This document shows positions 55,312-64,000 of a DNA stretch of 64,000 nucleotides, in pieces. The DNA comes from Trichoplax adhaerens (taxonomy: Eukaryota > Animalia > Placozoa), in assembly GCF_000150275.1 (NCBI RefSeq), contig NW_002060965.1, forward strand, positions 62,001 to 126,000, given 5' to 3'. The notes under the pieces are model-generated. The model searched no databases, was not told the origin of the DNA, and saw only the letters and a program-made list of their open reading frames with translations. The first letter of the stretch is position 1; each line of letters opens with the position of its first letter. A program made the translations under genes and the position numbers.

Positions 55312-58053
55312 ATGTAAAATATTCTATCACGGTTGATGATGGACATCGTCAATCTATCATTCATTACCATAGAGTAGAAGCCTTGAAAAAGCTATCATGG
55401 ATGATATCCTGTGCTTGAAAAATAATATCATCGACTCATACTTTCGTCCTTAAATTGCATAACTTAGAGCGATTCAAATCTACAGTTGATTCATGTTGTG
55501 CGATATTTTACATAAATCGAACATGAATATTAGCATTTTGTTGCAGCTAATTCATTATATAATATATTGATATTCTTGAACTCACTGACTTTAATTAAAA
55601 TATTGTCCATTAAAGTAAGAATATAAATTTTGATTACAACATTGAGTCATGTCGGTTCCTAATAAATCGTAGGAAATGATCATTTTTAATTTGGATCAGT
55701 TGCATGGTATTACTAAGCGAAACTTAATTCGTGCGTTTTATTATTTGATACTCCGATTTAATGATGTATAATCATAAAAACGCAATATAACTATTTTATG
55801 TGTAGAGCGGCTTTATGCTTACAAAACGAGGCAAATAAACGCTTCATCGCACATATCCTACGCACCTCAAAACATTGTTTGATTTTCAGCTATAACAGAT
55901 TTCCTTTCATGCAAAATTGAGGACTGCAAATATTAGCTTCTACAGTAGAAGAAATTGTTAAAAATCTAAAAAAGGATTTGCCATAAGAGACCAATTTTAA
56001 TATTATAACCTACGATTGTTGACCAATTTATACCGGCTAATTAAAACCGAGATATATTTCGTGCATTATATTGTCATAATGAAATATGATGTTTGTTAAT
56101 CCTTGTTCGATTCAGGGTTATTCTTTTAATTTAATGAAAAAGTTACTGTAGTCATAAACATTTGTTCTGTCGACTTTTCTCCTCCTAATTTATATTGGAA
56201 ATTCAACTTTAATATTACAATATTCATTATTGCAAGAAATATGAATTAAATATGTATGATTGTCACTGGTCTCTGTTGCACTATTAATTAAATTGTAAGA
56301 TCGCTATATCTTACTGGGGATATATAAATGGCGGCCAATTTCATGCACGGCACGCGCTGTAGAATTCTAGAATTAAAACTTGTTAAAATCACCGAAAAGC
56401 TCGATCTAGGCGTACTTCAATTTTAATTTGAACTCATCCTTCATTATTACCCCTAATCCGAAAAATATTGGAAAGCTATTTAGGACAACAAAATATTGTT
56501 CAATCTCGTTCTGAAACATAATTCAACGAATAAATCTGAATTTCTATATCGTTTTCTGCTTTGATTTTTTGTGTAATCTAACCGAAATCTCATACCGTAA
56601 GTCAATCGAAGTGATTGCTTCTGGTGCTTTATATAAACTTTTACGCATAATTGCAAATCCTAATCATAATTTACTAGATTTAATGGCCTAAATTGATTCT
56701 ATAAATCTTGACAACAGCTAAAGAATCATGCTATCGATTTTCGTGCGGGTTGTAGTTTGAACAAAATAAAACACCTTATTTAATATCATATTAGTATATG
56801 AAATCGATAGAAATACCGCGATAGTCTTCATATCAATATGGTCAAGAGATCATTTCTATGTTTCTGTATGGATTAGCTCCTAATACAATCGAAAATGTAT
56901 TCATGTAAAATAATTTCAGACATCTACAACAGTTAGCTCAATGCTCACTCATAATATGATACAATATGCATGAATTTCTAAGATGAAAGAGCTTCATGTG
57001 AGAATATGGTAAGTGGTCTGAAAAGAAGGTAGTTTATTTTTCCTTATTGATAGATTAATACACTTGCTACTGCCGAAGAGTAACAAAAAATTGATTGATT
57101 GCTTACAACTACTGTTTACTCATCTTTACCTGAGGATGACGATAGAGAATATCCTTTGGTGCTAACCAGCCAGATAATATTAAAAATTACTTTAATATGG
57201 GTAATTTAGTTTCAAATCTTTATTGCTGGTGGAGACGGGTATAATGATTGCACCAAAATAGTTTCAAGATCAAACCCTGAATTAGTAATGCGCCAATTTG
57301 AAAAGAGTTGATTGCGATGGTATAAAAACGTTGAAGTGGAAATCGTTTTACATCCAAAGGTAATTTCGTATATATCTTAATGGTATTGGATGTTTACTAA
57401 TTCGTTTTTACGTAGATAATATTAGATTGAGAAACGGCCCAGTTATTTAGTTATGATCAGATAAAGATAATTTCTAATTAACTTTATTCGAAAATTCGTG
57501 GCATTAATTATTAGTATTGATACTTGCATAATTTGCATTGAAGAGACCACTGTTAATGGATACATTAACTCAACTGGTGTTGCCCCAAAAGACTTACGGG
57601 TTAGTATTTAAACCCTAACCCGGTTCAATTCTTGAATATCAGTTAATGTTCCTGGTCGATCCTTGATGATAATAATACCTCTTCAATTTAATTACGGAGC
57701 ATTATTTGAGATTAAGAAATTACGGAGCAACTCCACCGAGCCGTCTTTTCGTCGACCAGACCTAGAATAAACTGAAACCTTGCGAAAGGATATGTAATAT
57801 GCCTCTACTGCAAAGCATTTGAAAAAGATATACCATTGAATTTCCTCAGTAATGCGACTTTACTGAATAGCTCCAATTTCATTTACTTAGTAGTATAGAT
57901 TTATTTGTGCTATAAATAACATCGGAAGGCTTTCCGGATAAGTCAGCCATAGTAGAGAAATCTTCTACCATAGCTTTCGTTCGATAATTTTAACAATCGT
58001 CCATTCGTTTCATTAAATCGTTCAGCTTGCTGAAACATTTCTGCAGAGCAGCT

Positions 58054-61000
58054 ATGAATCTGGATCCGGAAGGGATGAAAAGTAAGTTAGAAAAAGAGCT
58101 GAGAAAAAGAAGTGGAATATACTGGCTTCGAGATTCAGTTCCCCGCAGTAAAGGTCGTCCTTCAGAAGTATGGAAGCGTTTTGCTATTATTTATGACGAA
58201 CATGGAGCATTGGATTATGCGGCCTGTAGGTTCTGCTATCAGGTATATTTTACAGAGTATAAGCAAAAGTTAATGTCCTATATTTAAAAATTTGTAATAG
58301 GGATGTCTGCATAGTTCGTATTATTTCAAGGCTCAAGAAATGGCAATATCTTACTTGAAGTAAAAATACTTCAGTTATCAACTTAGCACAAGAACTGCAA
58401 GCATCAGAAAACTCTGATAATTGCGCTCCTTGCATTAATATAATCAAAACTACACTAACTATTTCCACTAATCTTTGCTAATCATGGCAATGACACAATA
58501 TCAGACACTACTTAATTAGCAATATATTATGATAGCTTACGATAACAACGACTTTGGTGATGAATTGACAAGTTATCAAATTCTCACTCTTGTTGGATAT
58601 ATTGATTTATTTTGCGCATTATTCACTGATCATCTATCGTAAGTATGGTATAAACATGAACTTTTATTCAAATACAGTTATGACTGAAAATCCACGTTTA
58701 ATTCATTTAGATAGGTTATACTAGGAAAGGGCAGCAATTGTTAAGAGTATCGATGCAGCCCTAATTTTATCATTAATGTATTGGCCTGGTATTTACCTAA
58801 TCTCGTTTCAAATTCATTAATGATTACGACGTACTTTAAACCCATATTTTAGATATAGCATTAAAATCTGTATCAATGCCGCCTTAATTTCATTATAAGT
58901 GTTATAACATGGTATGAACTTGATCTCGTTTCAAGTTCATTCATGATTATAACATACCTTAAATCTACGTTTTAGATATTGTATTAAAATATGCATAAAT
59001 GCGGCCCAAATATCATCAAAGCCGCGATAACATGATATCAACTTAATCTCATTTCAAAGCTCATCAACGTTTACTTATAACATACTTTAAATCGGTAGTT
59101 TATACATTACGTTAAAATCTTGGTATTTATCGGATTTCTTTTCAAATTCTTTAATGATGACAAGATGCTTTAAAAACATATTCTAGGCCTTGCGTTAAAA
59201 CCTGTTAAGCATTATGCATTTTCCAAGTTGATTATCCTAAAGCTCAAATCTTCAGATACGATCAAAATGATTTATTGTTAACTGATCCATGAAATAGAGC
59301 AATTTTGGGCTTTTCTACATTAACATCAAAGCTACATTGAATGCAAAAGCATTATTCTATACTACAGATATTTCTAGTGAGTTAGCTGATAGAAAATTTG
59401 ACTTATAATAACATACTGAGGATTACGAGGCCTAAGCAAATAAGTAAACGACTAATAATAGAAATACACTGCTAGCTTGTGTATTTCTATCATTAATCTT
59501 TACTCTTGATAGCGTTTAACAAATTAGGCACCATTCCCATGATGACAATTATCTTATACTTACTAGGTTTAAACTATAATTTTAATTGTTTTGAATGATA
59601 TACTGGAAAGGAACGAATTACACTTACAACTGACGCTTTTTTAGGTTTATTGCTATCGAACTGCCAATGGAACATCCGCCTTAATAAAACATAATTGCCA
59701 AGAACAAGCTAAGCATTCCGATTCTGGAAGTGGCAGTACAGCTACAGCTACCTATGCTAGCTCTTCACGTTCAAGCAAGCAAGGGCTGCCTTATGAAGTG
59801 AAGAAATATGTCATGACTGCTCTCGTCGAAATGTGCTGCCAAGATCTTCATCCATTTACCATCGTTAATGGTGATGGCTTCCGAAAATTCTGTCAAATCT
59901 TACTCGATTGCCATAGCTGGGCAAAGCATGGCTTAATAGCCAAAGATTTTTTACCTGATTCAGCAACATTAGAACAGGTTGTCAATAATCAAGCCGAAGA
60001 AATTCGAAATTATTTAGCCACTTTCTTGTCCAAGAGCCTAAACGAACATACTTTGGTATCCTTCACCATAGACTTGTGGCAGGCCAACGAAGTTAATGAT
60101 TGCATGATTTGTGTAACTTTGCATTATACGGATAAAAATTTCAGACTGCATAATCGTGTATTAGCTGGTAGAAGCGTTACCGAAGATAACTGGAATGCTA
60201 AAGGAATTAAAAACGAATTTACTGCCATCATTCAATCCTTTAATTTAACCCAAGGTGGAATTTCTCATTTAATCGTAATGAATAACAATAATACTTTACT
60301 GATAGGTGAAAATGGCCTTAATGGCCTCTTTCAAAGTCTTCCATGTGCCTGCCACAGAATTACTGCAGTGATGACCCACTTATTTGAACACCAAATCGTT
60401 AAAGTAGAAGGCGCAGGAATCGAGCAATTAGCCTATAAATATTACGATGATTGTCCCATGGTGTTTGATACAATCGAATTATGCCATAAATTAGCAGATT
60501 ATTGCATCAAATTCGGTATCACTGATCAGTTAGGACTAGCATTCAAAATACCTGATGAAAATAGTGATTGGATCTCAGTCTACGACTATTTTCTTACTCT
60601 TGAACAAAATTACGATGCTTTAGTAGAAGTCTTGAATTCGTTAGAAGCATCCCATATGATTCAAAAAATTAATCGTCATTTATTAAAAGAAATAGCCACT
60701 TTTGTACAATTATTTAGCCAAGCTACGATCGAATTAAAGACTTGTTGGCAGCCTACATTACATCTTGTCACCATATGGCGATACCGTTTATTAAAACACT
60801 GTCGTCATGTCTTGGAGGACTACAACGTAGAACAGGAAAGTGGCAGTACTGTTTCCGTTGCCAAAGATTCATTACTTATTAAATCACTAAAAAATATCGT
60901 TCAAGATCTCATCTTGGATCACTGGCTGGTAGATGGTTATCAACTTGTGGCGACAATGCTTGATCCTCGTCAAAAAAATTTAGCTAGGTTAGATGTGCCT

Positions 61001-61462
61001 ACATCACAAATTTCACTTGCTAATAAGATGTTGCAAGATCTCTACCTAGCACAAACAAGAAATTCTGCTTGCAAAGCTGAGTCCCAACCCAGCCGCAATC
61101 ATTTCAGTGATAAAGAAGTTGATAATTTCTTTATATTTTCCAGTGAATCGGAAGATGCATCCGATGAAGGCAAAATCTCCATTACCGAAATACAATTATA
61201 TATGGAAACGCGTTTAACGAAAGAAACTCGCGGTCAAGGTAAAAATCTTGACATCCTAAAGTGGTGGCAAAATCATCGTACTCGTTATCCAATTTTAAGC
61301 CAGGTTGCCAGGTCAATCTTGGCAATACCTGCCTACTGTACTGCTACTGACTTTAAATATAATCAGCTTGGTAATGGTATGACGGATAAATCGATAACCC
61401 TCAATCAGCAGACAATTAACAACATGTTAATAGTGAGATCAAATAAAGATTTGATCTCATAA
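58054..61462 (+). CDS. BED zinc-finger hAT (Hermes/hobo-like) transposase-derived protein, ZBED-like; exons 58054-58242 and 59645-61462 (~668 aa)
   Basis: BED finger SEVWKRF...AACRFCYQ|VYCYRTANGTSALIKHNC split by a phase-0 GT-AG intron; DLHPFTIVNGDGF, TIDLW, CACH, PTLHLV, ATMLDPR and the hAT C-terminal dimerization segment DILKWWQNHRTRYPILSQVARSILAIPA. Confidence 0.9.
58740..59200. repeat. Degenerate tandem repeat, 3-4 x ~120 bp, in the ZBED-like intron
   Basis: ATCTC.TTTCAA.TTCAT..ATGATTA..AC.TAC.TTAAA...TTTTAGATAT..ATTAAAAT recurs near 58800, 58923, 59046 and partially 59140. Confidence 0.8.
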
Positions 61463-64000
61463 ATATCCAATCAAGGCTAATTAGTCATTAAGAGCATATA
61501 TATTTAACCGTAATTTCCATGCAGAGATACTAACAGAAGAGACGTTACTTTGGATACCTTACTCAGCCTTGTGTCAGGGAACTGAAAATAGCATGATGAA
61601 CAGTTTAAGTAATCATAAAATTAATAGGTTTAATAGACATTGAAAAGGAGTGCCTTTCGTTTGAGCAGTAAGTTACAGCTACGGTATAGGTATCCGTAGA
61701 ACTTATAACATGATAGGTTAGTCAAACATTTCAATTCGATATTTGTTTTCTATACGGGTAAATTGAGCTCTAAGAGCAAGCTAATAACTGCTTTTTAAAT
61801 ATGGAATATTCATCTATCTGTCCACTTCATCTATAATTAACTAGTAATGATGTTTCTCAGCTAATATCGATTTCATTTTGCATAGCTACAGATCATCTTT
61901 AAAAGGAATCTAAAATTTCGCTTCTGTATGAAATAGTAATAGGTATTGTTATGAACTTTATCGATTTACATCTGAAAGTGAATGAATCAAACTATTATTA
62001 GCTGAGAAAGCTTAATATAAATACTTAATAGGCAGATTCAATCCGGTAGAATACTAATGCTCTTACATCGAATTAATGTACATCCGCTAATGCATTGTAT
62101 GGCATGATTATGCGTAAATTTAGTCACCATTTATGGAAGTAATCGCACGACTTGGATAAGTGATTTGTAACATTGCATTCATTTAAAGAGTAAGATGATA
62201 TATTGCACCAAAATTGCGATATTATAGAATGTATTGTATAATGAATTGCTGTCGATATCCCATTCCTAATAATTAATCTACGATGTAACAAATATTTTGT
62301 ATTTCCATAGCTTTGAGGCGTGATTTTGATTAACTTTGTTAAGACATATTGTAACCATCAATATGGTTGTTTAATATGCTTAATTAAATACAACATCATA
62401 GACTCAAGTTTTCTCTTAAACTGACCAATCCATTTTAAGACTGTGGTGATAAAACTGACGATCATTTGTGATATCCAGTCTTATCTAATAAACGACTTAA
62501 ACTATTATAGAGTACAGGATGAAGCGCTAAGTGTTAGTTTTGCCTTGCATCGGCATTCAGAACCTTAACTGGATTTAATTATATTGGATTGGTAGGATAT
62601 TATGGCATACGAAGTACAGTAGTTAGGGTATTAGAACATAAACAAGAAGAGAATGCAAGACCGTAACTTATGCATTACTTTATAACTATAGAGTTGTTAT
62701 TTCCCTCTCGTACGATTTAGGTGATTATAATATCATTTATAGCCTTATTTCCTTCTATGATTTCCTCAAGTATAAATTTTATGGTTATAACTTTATGGAT
62801 ATTATCCCTATTCCATTCGATTAAGTTGACCATAATATTATTTATAGCATATTTATTTCCATAATAACCGAGTTGGCTGATGTTGAGATATAGTAATTAT
62901 AAATGATAATCACCAGACTTGTATATCCATCAATACATCCAATTTATTTAGTTAAAATTAGAAATTACTAATAAGTAGCTGAACACAACACTAAACCAAA
63001 ACCGATAGTTATCAATGAGTAAGAAGATCAAATCTAACGTCAAACCTAAGATCAAAACTATCGGATCTTTGTAGTTCTTACCCATCTAGCTTACCATGCA
63101 TATCCTTAAGTACTATCTAATTTAAACAGTGCTATTAAAGTTCAAATTACTAATTACTAATTTTAAGACGATTACATTCCATAAAGAATCGATTCCAAAT
63201 CTTGATAATTAATACTACCGTTAGTTATTGTATTAGTAATAAATACTATAACATGAATGTAACAGCTAGGATAAAAAATAGAGCAATATATTGAAAATTG
63301 TTCTAGCTAATTATTGGTATCATATCGCCTTTATCAATTATAAACATTTGCGATTTGCTCCGGGTTATGCTTCATTCCATTAATGTAATTATTTTTTATA
63401 ATAATAAGGCAAGCAAATCAAATATTTGTTCTAAGAATAAACCATAATTAAATCTAAATGTGATGAGAATCCTCACTGTAATCCTAGATGATATAAAATA
63501 TTGCTTCTATAAGTTATCCGATCGAAAAGGTTTCACTACGCCGAAATATTTATTACAGAAACTATTTTCTTTTCAGAAATTCCATTAGCGTAAATATTTA
63601 TGTCTAAGTTTAGATTGCAAAAACAACATTTTACATGAATAAAGTTCTTTGTTTTCTGCAAGAAATTTATTAAATTCTTTTACTAACTGAATAATTACAG
63701 TTTGAAATTTATTGTAGATATGTAATCGTATGAGTACATAAATAGAAAATTCTTTAATTATAAAAATAGATTGTGTAAATGACAATAACTGTCACTGAAA
63801 AGATCGATATCTTTTAGACAAAGATATCATTAATTATGAAGAAATAAGAGGATTAATAATTAGACTTGACGCAGGGTTTTTCAATTCCTTCCGGTATTAA
63901 GTCAGAGATTGATAAGTATAAGCTGTTTGCAGATTTAGTCGCAATTGCTTTAATTCGCTAATCAATCAAGTGAGGTATTACAACAATGATGATACCTATC

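Noticed and set aside
57610-57622. AAACCCTAACCC as a telomerase RNA template or telomeric seed
   Set aside because: Only ~2 repeat units, explained as one arm of a local hairpin; no pseudoknot or H/ACA domain recognised.
57000-63000. Active hAT transposon
   Set aside because: No terminal inverted repeats or target-site duplication seen and catalytic residues are substituted; reported as a probable domesticated gene instead.

Overview
AT-rich (roughly one-third GC), intron-containing animal genomic DNA. Gene content, short GT-AG introns and a Not homeobox gene suggest a placozoan (Trichoplax-like); the taxon is an inference. Manual splicing supports eight protein-coding genes: a head-to-head pair of CRT-like (chloroquine-resistance-transporter family) paralogs, CCDC149 (5' end unresolved), V-ATPase subunit B (minus strand), a calcineurin-like metallophosphoesterase, an Mxd/Mad bHLH-Zip repressor that the ORF track misses (five small exons, one 7.4 kb intron), a Not homeobox gene, and an intron-containing Hermes-like hAT transposase with a BED finger whose DDE triad is degenerate (probably domesticated). 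Many introns and spacers hold degenerate 70-290 bp tandem repeats. The most unusual signal is non-coding: most putative promoter regions contain a 150-350 bp CpG-enriched element built from nested inverted repeats, with mismatches often G-T on the + strand, frequently beside dense GTACAGTAC/TACTGTAC palindromic arrays. The ATP6V1B-Mxd-Not linkage also mirrors human 2p13. All pairings and exon joins were made by eye and need computational confirmation.
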